Of a stretch of DNA of 64,000 bases, positions 31,557 through 41,135 are shown one piece after another. Both the position numbers and the translations under genes were made by a program. The stretch's first letter is position 1. Each line of letters begins with the position of its first letter. The stretch is from an uncultured Arcobacter sp. (GTDB taxonomy: Bacteria > Campylobacterota > Campylobacteria > Campylobacterales > Arcobacteraceae): positions 608,001-672,000 of the forward strand of contig OZ223300.1 of the NCBI GenBank assembly GCA_965140705.1. Direction: 5' to 3'. The notes under the pieces were generated by a model, which was not told the DNA's origin, ran no database searches, and saw only the letters and a program-made list of their open reading frames with translations.

Positions 31557-31595
31557 AAATGATAAAAAGATTAATCATTTTTAGTATTTCATGTC

Positions 31596-32384
31596 TTAGT
31601 GTTGTAAAAGTTTTATTGCAGTTGATGTCTCTTCTGCTGCATCTAATAACATAGGAAGAACTGTCTGTTTTAAAAGTTCAGGGTTCTTATAACTTATATG
31701 GGAACCAATATTCATAGCTCCAATCATTTTATTATTTCTATTATAAATAGGAACAGCAAGTGAAACTAATCCATCTTCAACTTCTTCCTTAACCATGTAA
31801 TATCCATTATTTCTATATTCCTGAACTTCATCAAATAGCTTATATGGATCCATTATACTATTTTCAGTGTATTCTTTTAAAGGGAGTTTTAAAACATATT
31901 CGTATAACTCTTTTTCTTCCATATGAGCCATAAAAAGTCTTCCCGTGGCAGTATATGCAGCTGGTAATCTAGTTCCCACATGAATACCTTCATTTAATAC
32001 TCTTGTTGCAGGTATTCTCATTATACATATTACATTTGTACCATCCAAAATTGAAATTGAGCAAGATAAAGTACAGCTATCAACTACTTTTTTCATATTT
32101 TTATAGGCTAAATCAGTCCATGGAAGTGAAGCAAAATAACTATATCCCAAATCAATTACTTTTGGAGTTAATGAAAAGAAATTATCATCCTCATGAGTTA
32201 CATAACCTTCCGATTCTAAAGTTAACAAAAGTCTTCGTGCACTAGCTCTTGTTATATCAACTTTTTTTGCAACATCTGTCAAAGTCATGCGAGTATTCTC
32301 TTTATTAAATGCTTTTATTACATTTAAACCTTTTATAAAGGTAGTGACAATATCTTTTTCATCAAATTCATTTTTTATTTTCAT
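31596..32384 (-). CDS. IclR family regulator, PcaR/PobR subfamily
   Basis: KGLNVIKAF...MTLTDVAKKVDITRASARRLLLTL..EGYV, GTRLPAAYTATGR. Confidence 0.88.
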   Translation of the reverse strand: MKIKNEFDEKDIVTTFIKGLNVIKAFNKENTRMTLTDVAKKVDITRASARRLLLTLESEGYVTHEDDNFFSLTPKVIDLGYSYFASLPWTDLAYKNMKKVVDSCTLSCSISILDGTNVICIMRIPATRVLNEGIHVGTRLPAAYTATGRLFMAHMEEKELYEYVLKLPLKEYTENSIMDPYKLFDEVQEYRNNGYYMVKEEVEDGLVSLAVPIYNRNNKMIGAMNIGSHISYKNPELLKQTVLPMLLDAAEETSTAIKLLQH

Positions 32385-32396
32385 TAAGGCTCTCTT

Positions 32397-33281
32397 TTAA
32401 TTTTTTTCTCTAGCAATTAGTATTCCGCCAGAAATAATAGCAAATATTCCTATAAATCCCAACATATTTGGTAATGGATCCCCAAGTATTAATCCTATTA
32501 TTAAAGAAAATAAGATTACAGAATAACCAGCAGCACCTACAATACCAGCTCTTGTGATTCCATATGCCTTTGTCATATATATTTGTCCAAATGATGCGGT
32601 GATCCCAATACCTATGATGTACAGCCAATCAATTGGTTTTGGAAGAACAAAACTACCCATCATAAAATCAAATATATCACTTGTATAGTATGTTGATAGG
32701 AACATCGAAATAAGAGGTATAATTGTTCCTATCCCCATAAAACTTAAAACAATAGTTCTTGTATCATAATATGTTCTAAGTTCTCTTATACTAGTAAAGG
32801 CAAGTGCTGCACAAACAGCGTTTAAAAGACCAAATATATGAGATTTTTCAAAAATTAATCCATGGGGTTGCATTACAAAAAGCATTCCAGTAAATCCTAA
32901 AGCAATTGCAAACCAACCTTTTATTCCAATTTTTTCTTTCAAAAACCACATTGCAAAAATTGCTGTAAATATTGGTGACATTCTAGAGTAAGTAACTGCA
33001 TCAGCCAACGAGATGTTAGCAATATTGTAAAAAAAGCTAAGCATTGCTAGAAGACCTATTGTAGCCCTAAAAAATAGTAATAAAGGTTTTCCCCCTGTTT
33101 GTTTTAGAGGAGATTTAAAAAAAGTTAATGCAATTAAAATAATTCCTATACTATTTCTAAAAAATACAATTTCAATTGTAGGTAAGTGGTTCGCTAAAAC
33201 TTTTGCCATTGCACTCATTAAAGATAAACAAATAGCAGAAATCAACATATATAAAATGCCAGTATTCAATTTTTTAATCAC
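32397..33281 (-). CDS. DMT/EamA family transporter
   Basis: EIVFFR, SPIFTAIFA..FLKEKIG, about 10 TM segments; GTG start. Confidence 0.88.
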   Translation of the reverse strand: MIKKLNTGILYMLISAICLSLMSAMAKVLANHLPTIEIVFFRNSIGIILIALTFFKSPLKQTGGKPLLLFFRATIGLLAMLSFFYNIANISLADAVTYSRMSPIFTAIFAMWFLKEKIGIKGWFAIALGFTGMLFVMQPHGLIFEKSHIFGLLNAVCAALAFTSIRELRTYYDTRTIVLSFMGIGTIIPLISMFLSTYYTSDIFDFMMGSFVLPKPIDWLYIIGIGITASFGQIYMTKAYGITRAGIVGAAGYSVILFSLIIGLILGDPLPNMLGFIGIFAIISGGILIAREKN

Positions 33282-33341
33282 TTTTAAACTTTATTTAATT
33301 TGTATAATTCTACTCAATTAATTATAATAGTTAACTTATTT

Positions 33342-33355
33342 CGTACAAAAGTTCG
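33342..33355. promoter_or_regulatory. Operator-like motif CGTACAAAAGTTCG between the divergent DMT and thioesterase genes
   Basis: Variant of the recurring CGNAC-N4-GTNCG motif. Confidence 0.55.
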
Positions 33356-33389
33356 TATATAATATATAATTTTAAAATAAGGAGTTGAT

Positions 33390-33824
33390 TTGAGTATTTG
33401 GAAAAAAACTTTTACATTAGAATCCCTAAATGAAATGTCAAAAAATACTGCAGCAGAGAGTTTAGGAATTATTATTACTAAAGTTGGAGATAATACTATT
33501 GAAGGAGAAATGCCAGTAGATAGAAGAACCCATCAAGCCCACGGAATATTGCATGGAGGTGCTTCTGTTTTATTTGCTGAAACTTTAGGAAGTATTGGTG
33601 GTGCACTTGCTGTCGATGATGAGCACTATATAGTTGGATTAGAAATTAATGCTAATCATATAGCTGGAGTATCAAGTGGTGAAGTAATAGGTGTGGCAAC
33701 GGCTGTGCATATAGGACGTACTACTCATGTGTGGGATATAAAAATAAGGCATAAACAAACAAATAAAGCTGTTTGCGTTTCAAGGTTGACTTTGGCAGTT
33801 ATTGATTTGAAAAATAAAAGATAA
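33390..33824 (+). CDS. Hotdog-fold thioesterase (MenI/EntH/PaaI-like), possibly acting on aryl-CoA
   Basis: HQAHGILHGGASVLFAETLGS, VGLEINANH, HIGRTTHVW; TTG start. Confidence 0.88.
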   Translation: MSIWKKTFTLESLNEMSKNTAAESLGIIITKVGDNTIEGEMPVDRRTHQAHGILHGGASVLFAETLGSIGGALAVDDEHYIVGLEINANHIAGVSSGEVIGVATAVHIGRTTHVWDIKIRHKQTNKAVCVSRLTLAVIDLKNKR

Positions 33825-33852
33825 GAGTATTTTAAAATACCCTTATCTATTT

Positions 33853-34356
33853 TTAGCTTAGTTTTATTAACTGAGAGATTATGTTTTTAGCAGCATCTTC
33901 ATTTAAAGGTTTTTCATATGTAGTTAGTATCTCTCTAGCTATAATATTTGCACCTAAATGTTGAAACATCATTCTCATTGCTTGCAAACCTTTTGCCCCA
34001 CCACCGCCACTGTGTGTTGCTATTGCAACAATTTTTTCATTAAAAGCATCTCTCCAATCTTTTGTAGATCTTGATGTCCAAGCCATAGCATTATTTAGTA
34101 CAGGTGGCATAACACCATTGTATTCAGGAGCTATAATAATAAATGATTTTAAACTTAATATAGCTTTTGCTAATTTTACAGCTATTTCAGGAATACCATT
34201 TTCCTCTTCCTCTTTAGTACTATATAAAGGTAATCTTAAATCAACTAAATTGATTAATTGTGTTTCATAATTTTGCTCTAGCACTAATTCTTCTAATCTT
34301 AAAGCCAGTTTTTGATTATTTCCTGAACTGGCTACTATAATCCCAATTTTATTCAT
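33853..34356 (-). CDS. NADPH-dependent FMN reductase (flavodoxin-like fold)
   Basis: APEYNG.MPPVLNNA, SGGGG. Confidence 0.85.
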   Translation of the reverse strand: MNKIGIIVASSGNNQKLALRLEELVLEQNYETQLINLVDLRLPLYSTKEEEENGIPEIAVKLAKAILSLKSFIIIAPEYNGVMPPVLNNAMAWTSRSTKDWRDAFNEKIVAIATHSGGGGAKGLQAMRMMFQHLGANIIAREILTTYEKPLNEDAAKNIISQLIKLS

Positions 34357-34359
34357 AAT

Positions 34360-35394
34360 TTACTCCATAGAAATTGATTTTCTTGCGGCATCAACAATTT
34401 TTTGTCCATCAATACCTTTTGAATTCATCTCTTTTACCCATCTTTGTACAACTCTTTGACCTGCTTTGTTGAATTTTTTTGTTTCTTCTTCACTAATTGT
34501 TACAATTTCACCACCAGACTTTATTTGCAAATTTTTTCCTGGTTCTTCTAAATCAATCATCAATTGACCATATCTTTTTATTAAATCAAGTCCTGCACTT
34601 TTTTCAATAATATCTTGTAACTCTTTTGGCAAAGATTCAAATCTATCTTTGTTCATTAAAATTAAAGCTACAGAGTTACCAAATCCTCCCCCTTCATGTA
34701 ATTGAATAGAGTATTTTGTTAACTGTTCAAATTTAAATGCAGGGAATATCTCCATAGGTAAAATAGCTCCATCAATTGCATTTTTTGAAAAAGATTGAGG
34801 TACAGTAGGAAGTGGCATTCCAACTGGTTCTGCCCCTAATTCTTCAATATACCAAGCACCAGTTCTTGACGGAGATCTAACTTTTAGTCCCTTCATATCT
34901 GATAATTTTGTTACTTTTTTATCTACAGTATCCAAAAAATAGTTCCCTGCAACTGCAATTAATATTGGTTTTACATCTTTATAATCATCTTTAATTAAAT
35001 CAAAATTTTCTCTAATTGCTAAGGCAGTTTTTAAACTATTGTTTTTATGTATTGTTGGTAATTCAAAAACTTCACTTCTTGAAAATACTCCAGGTGAATA
35101 TCCTGCAATTGTAAATACTATATCAGCTGAACCATCTCTCACTTGTTTATATAACTCATTTGGCTTTCCACCCATACTCATAGATGGATAAATTTCTACT
35201 TTGATTTTGCCTTTTGATAATTTTTCAAGATTTCTAGCCCAAGGTACAAATACCTTCGAGTGAGGTGGTGATTTTGGACTTAAAAAATGATGAAATGTCA
35301 AGGTTATTGGTTTTTCATCTGCAAATAATAAATTTGCAAAAAATAATAAACTTGCTACAATCATCATGATACTTTTTGGTAATAGAGTTTTCAT
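34360..35394 (-). CDS. dctP: TRAP substrate-binding protein (DctP paralogue 1)
   Basis: Signal peptide, HHFLSP, YPSMSMGG, GLKVRSPSR, LGAEPVGMP. Confidence 0.9.
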   Translation of the reverse strand: MKTLLPKSIMMIVASLLFFANLLFADEKPITLTFHHFLSPKSPPHSKVFVPWARNLEKLSKGKIKVEIYPSMSMGGKPNELYKQVRDGSADIVFTIAGYSPGVFSRSEVFELPTIHKNNSLKTALAIRENFDLIKDDYKDVKPILIAVAGNYFLDTVDKKVTKLSDMKGLKVRSPSRTGAWYIEELGAEPVGMPLPTVPQSFSKNAIDGAILPMEIFPAFKFEQLTKYSIQLHEGGGFGNSVALILMNKDRFESLPKELQDIIEKSAGLDLIKRYGQLMIDLEEPGKNLQIKSGGEIVTISEEETKKFNKAGQRVVQRWVKEMNSKGIDGQKIVDAARKSISME

Positions 35395-35413
35395 AAATAT
35401 TTCCTTTTAATTT

Positions 35414-36868
35414 TTATATCATGTTAGAATTTTTCATAAATTCATCTACTTGATTCCATTCAAAATTTTTCTGTGCATAGTTATGACAAAACATTTGATT
35501 TCGTGGTTGACTTGTAAGATAATATCTTTCATATAATTCAACTCTTCCCCCAAGAGCAGAACCTGCAAAATCCCAAGCAATTCTAAAAATTTGAGCTCTT
35601 AATGATGCAGGAGAACCATTTGCAGCTGGCATATATTTATTTAATAACTCTTTCATTTCAGGATTATCATAAGATTCCATAGTTGGAGTTGCCAATAAGT
35701 TATGACTTCCAATTATTTTTATAATCTCATTTACTCTAATCATCCACTGTGGCATATTTGCTATTAAAGCTCTCATTGGACTATCATCAAAAAAGTATGC
35801 ACCATTGCCCCAATCATGTGCACCTGCAAAACCAGCTTTAATTGCTGCTCTTGTAAGAGAAGAATAACTCCAAATCTCACCTAACATCATTATTACCTCT
35901 GGTCTTTTTTCACTTTTTGTAATCTCTGCCATTCTCATACATAAGTTATATGCAAACTCTAATTTAACAGCGGCTCTTGTAGCTGTTTGTTGTGTGATGT
36001 TACCATATCTTCCAAGCTGATCAATCACTGTTTTATTATAAAACTCTAAGTCACCATCCATAAAAACACGATTTAATGGAACTTCAACCCTATCTAATAT
36101 TACATAAGCATCTTGTTCATCAAATCTACTAGAAAAAGGTGCATTTTTTATATCTGTATCAACTTGATAATGATCTCTACAAACCATAATCACACCTTTA
36201 GTGTTAACTGGAATTGAAAACATCAAAGCATGATCAGCTGTACCTTCACTTACAATAGGAGCAGAAGGATAAACAAATAGCTCATCTGCAAAAGGTCCAA
36301 GTGTTGCTAAAATTTTTGCACCACTTACTACAATACAATCATCTCTTCTTTCGAGAACCCTAAAAGCAACTTCACCATTGATACCATTTAAATCTGGCAT
36401 ACTTTTATCTGGTTGAGGTTGAATAATTGTATGTGTTAAAGATAAATCTTTTTCAATACACTCCCTATGAAAATCTAAAAGATTTTGTGCCCATTCAGGA
36501 TGTCCTCCCTCAATAAAAGCATCAACTCTTGAAACATAACCAGTTAGTGCTACATTACAATAATCTGGCGTTCTACCCAACATACCATTAGAGTATTTAG
36601 CCAATTGCTCAAAGCATTTTCCCCTAGCAATCAAATCCTCTTTATTTTTTGGTAAGATTAAACTAGCACTCATCAACTCACCTGATACTTCATCTTTTAC
36701 TAAGCACTCATTGGCATATTTGTGTTGCCAATCAAAATACCCAGCCATGCCTTTTAAAGAACCAGCAAATGCAGGATGAGTTGATACATCAACTTTTTCT
36801 CCACCTAACCATGTTTCTCTGTTATCTTTTAATCCTTCTAAATACTCTTTTCCAGTTCTTGCTGCCAT
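35414..36868 (-). CDS. 4-hydroxyphenylacetate 3-hydroxylase family flavin-dependent monooxygenase (HpaB-like), substrate uncertain
   Basis: RTGKEYLEGLKD.RE.W..GE, GRTPDY, VSGAKILAT, SSRFDEQDA, AWD..GSALGGR.ELYE. Confidence 0.88.
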   Translation of the reverse strand: MAARTGKEYLEGLKDNRETWLGGEKVDVSTHPAFAGSLKGMAGYFDWQHKYANECLVKDEVSGELMSASLILPKNKEDLIARGKCFEQLAKYSNGMLGRTPDYCNVALTGYVSRVDAFIEGGHPEWAQNLLDFHRECIEKDLSLTHTIIQPQPDKSMPDLNGINGEVAFRVLERRDDCIVVSGAKILATLGPFADELFVYPSAPIVSEGTADHALMFSIPVNTKGVIMVCRDHYQVDTDIKNAPFSSRFDEQDAYVILDRVEVPLNRVFMDGDLEFYNKTVIDQLGRYGNITQQTATRAAVKLEFAYNLCMRMAEITKSEKRPEVIMMLGEIWSYSSLTRAAIKAGFAGAHDWGNGAYFFDDSPMRALIANMPQWMIRVNEIIKIIGSHNLLATPTMESYDNPEMKELLNKYMPAANGSPASLRAQIFRIAWDFAGSALGGRVELYERYYLTSQPRNQMFCHNYAQKNFEWNQVDEFMKNSNMI

Positions 36869-36886
36869 ATCTTTCCTTTCTTTTGA

Positions 36887-36954
36887 TTTTAGAACATTTG
36901 TTCTAAAACTATAACTTCATTAATTTTAAGGTTCGCTTAACGCACATATGTTTG
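36887..36954. promoter_or_regulatory. Operator-like palindromes upstream of the HpaB-like gene
   Basis: ttttagaaca-tt-tgttctaaaa (36887-36908); gttcg-cttaa-cgcac (36931-36945) overlapping cgcacatatgtttg (36941-36954). Confidence 0.6.
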
Positions 36955-37196
36955 ATTTTTGCTTAGAATAGCATTAAAATAGCATTTTTTGTGAGAAGTA
37001 TTGTCTTGATGGTATCTTACTAGTAAAGTATTTCTTTAAGCTATTTTTTAGTGAAAAATAAATTTTGAAAGTTTTTATAAATTATTGAATTTTTATGAAG
37101 ATTTTTTAATTTTTTATAAAATTAAGATTTCAAAAATCTATTTTTTGTAAGGATGTTTCTAATTAAATTTTAGTCTAAAATAGATGAATACAAAAA

Positions 37197-37847
37197 CTAT
37201 TTATATTCATCTATTTGTTTTTGGATATATTTTATGGAACTTATAAGATTGGATTTTTCTAAACCTTTTTTAGTATGATATGGTTTTAAAATATATAAAA
37301 GATTTAAAATTCCATGAAGTTTTCTTAATTTTATATCCTCAACTTTTGTAAATATCCAATAAAGTTCCCATTGAGAACCTATTACCCAAGTATTTGAACA
37401 TAAAAAATCTAATTCTTTTTCATCGAGATTAATCATATAACCATATTTTATTTGATGGGAAAAAAGAGATTTTAACTCTTTTGCTTTTTCTATTACTCTT
37501 TTTTCAATTGTTTCTTTTACTTTAGGATAGGTTTTATATAGATTACTTATCTCCAAACGTAAAAAAGCACATTTTTTTTCAAACTCCATTTGACTTGAAA
37601 AAAGAGCATGATAGTCAAAAGGGGAATCAACTCCATCTTTTATAGAAGTTAGATAACTACTAATGGAATCCATATAATTTTCATAGATATCAATAATAAT
37701 ATCTTCTTTATTTTTAAAATAATAATACAAATTTCCAACACTAATACCTAAACTTTCAGCTATATGTCTAGTTGAAGTATTCATACAACCTTTTTCATTA
37801 AATAATATTGTTGCAGTTTCTAGTATTTTATCTTTTCTATTTGACAA
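37197..37847 (-). CDS. TetR/AcrR family regulator
   Basis: ILETA..LFNEKG...TSTRHIA..LGISVGNLYYYFKNKE. Confidence 0.92.
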   Translation of the reverse strand: MSNRKDKILETATILFNEKGCMNTSTRHIAESLGISVGNLYYYFKNKEDIIIDIYENYMDSISSYLTSIKDGVDSPFDYHALFSSQMEFEKKCAFLRLEISNLYKTYPKVKETIEKRVIEKAKELKSLFSHQIKYGYMINLDEKELDFLCSNTWVIGSQWELYWIFTKVEDIKLRKLHGILNLLYILKPYHTKKGLEKSNLISSIKYIQKQIDEYK

Positions 37848-37952
37848 GTTTTACCTTAAAATAAATTGATTGATTAAAAAGTAGAATCAATCTTTTGAGA
37901 TTTTAACTATATGAGTCTTAATTTAGGCTTGCAATATAATATTCTATAAATA

Positions 37953-39110
37953 CTATACGTGCTTATATGTTCTGATGATTAAATAAGATAATATAGATAA
38001 AATTAATAGACTCAATGCTATTGGTAAAAAATTTTCTGTATGGAAATTTAGTACAATAGAGGTAATAAATGCTGCAAATCCAAATTGTAATACTCCTGAT
38101 AAGGAAGAAGCTACTCCCGCATTTTTTGGAAAATGTTCTAGGGCTAAAGCCAATGAATTACCAAAAATAAAAGCCATCATGCTCATATATCCTGCCATAA
38201 GAAGAAGCATTTGTGTTAGAGTAATATTTTCATAATCTAATAGCATTAAAAAACTAAAAACGATCTGCATTAAAATAGCTATTTTCATTAAAAAAAGTGG
38301 TTCATAAGATTTAAGTAGAAATATATTAACTCTTGTCATTATCACTAAAACTATAAAATTAAAACTAAAATAAAAAGGGAAATAATCTGTTGATATTTTA
38401 AAATATTCAATAAATATAAAAGAAGATTTAGTTATCAAAATAAAAAATCCAGAAAAAGTTAAGGCAAGTGTAATCATAGCTTTCATTGCTGTCTTATGAC
38501 GAAGAACTTGTAAAAAAGAGTTTAATACATCTTGTTTTACATAAGTATAACTTTCATCTAAATATTTATATACAAAATAGATAATAATCAAAGGATAAAA
38601 AGTTAAAAAAACAAAAACTGCTTTCCACATAAAAAAATGAATAATAAATGCCCCAATAGCTGGTGCAATCAGAGGTGCAATACTTCTTGCAGTACCAATA
38701 ATAGAAAAAATCTTTGCTGCTTCTACTCCTTTGAACTTGTCTCGTACAACAGCAGAAGTATTAACTAAAACAATCCCACCAGAAAAAGCTTCAAAAAATC
38801 TATATATCCATACCTCATATATAGAAGTACTGAAAATTATTAAAAAACTAAAAAGTGAGAAACCCAAAAGTCCATATATAGAACTCTTTTTTCTACCATA
38901 AGAATCAGAGATTGGTCCACCTACAATCTGTCCAATTGATAAACCAATTAAAAATACAGATAAAGATAATTCAACTTCTTCTATTGTAACATTAAAAGCT
39001 ATTCCTATTTCAGGAATTGATGGAATATACGTATCAATTCCCATTGGACCAACTGAAGCTAGCATTGCCAATAAAATAGCTAAAAATATGTGATTTTTGA
39101 TTTTTTTGAT
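37953..39110 (-). CDS. Bcr/CflA MFS transporter; homologous frame extends to an ATC codon at 39110 (first canonical start is TTG at 39071)
   Basis: DTYIPSIP, GQIVGGPISDSYGRK; paralogue of 30408..31556. Confidence 0.8.
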   Translation of the reverse strand: MKKIKNHIFLAILLAMLASVGPMGIDTYIPSIPEIGIAFNVTIEEVELSLSVFLIGLSIGQIVGGPISDSYGRKKSSIYGLLGFSLFSFLIIFSTSIYEVWIYRFFEAFSGGIVLVNTSAVVRDKFKGVEAAKIFSIIGTARSIAPLIAPAIGAFIIHFFMWKAVFVFLTFYPLIIIYFVYKYLDESYTYVKQDVLNSFLQVLRHKTAMKAMITLALTFSGFFILITKSSFIFIEYFKISTDYFPFYFSFNFIVLVIMTRVNIFLLKSYEPLFLMKIAILMQIVFSFLMLLDYENITLTQMLLLMAGYMSMMAFIFGNSLALALEHFPKNAGVASSLSGVLQFGFAAFITSIVLNFHTENFLPIALSLLILSILSYLIIRTYKHV

Positions 39111-39138
39111 TTTTTCACCTTAAATATATTATAAATTA

Positions 39139-39327
39139 TTATTTTTTATCTTCTTTTCCTATGAACTCTTTTTCATTTACACTATTATAAAAAAAGCTAA
39201 GTATTGTTATAAGATCCATTGTGACCCTAAAAAATACAATCTTAATTGTAAGTAAGTGGCTCGCTAAAACTTTTGCCATTGCACTCATTAAAGATAAACA
39301 AATACCAGTATTCAATTTTTTAATCAT
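39139..39327 (-). pseudogene. Internally deleted duplicate of the 5' part of the DMT gene at 32397..33281
   Basis: 44-nt identical block (39261-39304 = 33191-33234); in-frame 24-nt and 90-nt deletions relative to the parent. Confidence 0.82.
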
Positions 39328-39335
39328 TTTAAACT

Positions 39336-40115
39336 TTATTTATCCCAATTAGAATCAATTCTTTTCATCAAACGATAGTAAGCAGGCCATTCAGGGAGTC
39401 TCACTTGTGCACCAGCTTGTGCTGCACCTTCTTCAAATTGTTTTCTTGTTCTTTCCATAGCATTGGTATTAACTTTAATTAATTCTTCACCTGTTGACAT
39501 TGCTTTTATTTGAACTTTACACCCTTGGATTATTTGAAACATTCTCATAAATGCCCATGCTACATCAGGACCTGTTGTAACTACGCCATGATTATTGAGC
39601 ATTAAGGTATGATTTTTATCACCCATAGAAGCGACTAGTCTTTCTTGTTCATCTTCATCTAAGACTATACCTTCAAAATTGTGATAACCAATTCTTTCAT
39701 AGAACATATATGCTTCTTGAATTAAGGGTATAAAACCACATTTCAAGGAACTAACGGCTTGAACATCTATATTATGAGTATGCATGACACAATTTATTTC
39801 TGGCTTCGCTTTATGAATTGCTGTATGTATAACAATTCCTGCACTATTAACAGGATAGGGTGAATCATCTAACTTATTTCCATCTAAATCAATTTTGACT
39901 AGATTTGAAGGTTTGATTTCACTATATAATAATCCAAAAGCATTAATCAAAATATGCTCAGTTCCTGGAATTCTATATGATATATGATTGTAAACTTGTG
40001 TTGTCCAACCATAATAATCAACCATTCTATAACATAAAGCTAAATCAACTCTAGCTTTCCATTCAACTTCACTATATCCATTAGGAATAACTGTTGATTC
40101 AAAAATATCTTCCAT
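39336..40115 (-). CDS. Class II aldolase/adducin family protein
   Basis: RVDLA..YR, NHISYRIPG, IHTAIH, CVMHTH, LNNHG. Confidence 0.9.
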   Translation of the reverse strand: MEDIFESTVIPNGYSEVEWKARVDLALCYRMVDYYGWTTQVYNHISYRIPGTEHILINAFGLLYSEIKPSNLVKIDLDGNKLDDSPYPVNSAGIVIHTAIHKAKPEINCVMHTHNIDVQAVSSLKCGFIPLIQEAYMFYERIGYHNFEGIVLDEDEQERLVASMGDKNHTLMLNNHGVVTTGPDVAWAFMRMFQIIQGCKVQIKAMSTGEELIKVNTNAMERTRKQFEEGAAQAGAQVRLPEWPAYYRLMKRIDSNWDK

Positions 40116-40127
40116 TATGTATCCTTT

Positions 40128-41051
40128 TTATTCTGGTCTTTCACCCATTACGGTTGTTCTATACATTTCTCTTCTAAATCCTTCATAGTCATTAAAAGCT
40201 TGGTGTAAACAGATTCTATTATCCCACATAATAAATGTTTTACTTTCCCATCTTAATCTACAAGTAAAAGATTCTTGTGTAGCAAATTTTGATAAGAAAT
40301 TTATAATTGGCATAGATTCTTCTTCTGTCATTCCTTCTATCCCACAAGCATATGTTTCATCAACATAAAGGGATTTTTCACCTGATACTGGATGTGTTCT
40401 TACTATTGGATGATAAGAACCATTAATTATCTTTTGATTCTCAACAGCCATATCCATATTTCCAAGTTTTTCAATTTTTCCATCAGTATCAACTTCTTTT
40501 TCTGCTTGCATAGAAGCTACTACATTTTTGGCACTCATCCATACTTTTAGTGGAGCAAGCATTTCTTTCATAGCTGGGCTTAGACTGTTATAAGCTAAAA
40601 CTGAGTTTGCAAAGATTGTATCTCCACCATAAGGAGGCATGTCTTTCCCATAGTTTAATGCAATTGCTGGAGGACATTCTAGAAATGCTGAATCAGTATG
40701 CCAACCACTACCAAAAACCATTTTAGTTTTAACATCAGCTTCTTTTATTACAGGTTGAATATTTTCATGTCCTGGTACTCCTTGAGTATAAGCATCAGTA
40801 CCAAATTCACCAAGTCTAAGGGTTAAATTTTCGTGATCCTCAAAAGAGATATCTTGATTTCTAAAATAAATTAGTTTATGTCTATAAATAGCATCTTCAA
40901 TTTCAGCAAAAGCTTCATCACTTACACAACTTAAATCCACCCCCTGAATTTCAGCACCCATAGCAGCTGCTAGAGGTACGGCTGTGATATATTTGTACTC
41001 TTTTGCACTATTGTCAAAAAATCCTGTAGGATGTATTATATTTTTAGCCAT
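40128..41051 (-). CDS. TauD/TfdA family Fe(II)/2-oxoglutarate dioxygenase (RdpA-like)
   Basis: GAEIQGVDL, WHTDS, GGDT.FAN, HPIVRTHP, WDNRICLH, RTTV. Confidence 0.92.
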   Translation of the reverse strand: MAKNIIHPTGFFDNSAKEYKYITAVPLAAAMGAEIQGVDLSCVSDEAFAEIEDAIYRHKLIYFRNQDISFEDHENLTLRLGEFGTDAYTQGVPGHENIQPVIKEADVKTKMVFGSGWHTDSAFLECPPAIALNYGKDMPPYGGDTIFANSVLAYNSLSPAMKEMLAPLKVWMSAKNVVASMQAEKEVDTDGKIEKLGNMDMAVENQKIINGSYHPIVRTHPVSGEKSLYVDETYACGIEGMTEEESMPIINFLSKFATQESFTCRLRWESKTFIMWDNRICLHQAFNDYEGFRREMYRTTVMGERPE

Positions 41052-41135
41052 CTTTTATCCTTTGTTAGTTGATATAAATAAAGTATAGCAACTGCAAAAA
41101 GTAAAATGAAGACATAATTTGAACAATTTCTGATA

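Noticed and set aside
26237..36868. Functional link between ArsP and the aromatic oxygenases (arylarsenical degradation)
   Set aside because: Adjacency only; no ArsI C-As lyase or shared operator is seen.
36955..37196. Long AT-rich gap between the HpaB-like gene and tetR as a possible sRNA or small gene
   Set aside because: No convincing ORF, stable hairpin or terminator was found by eye.
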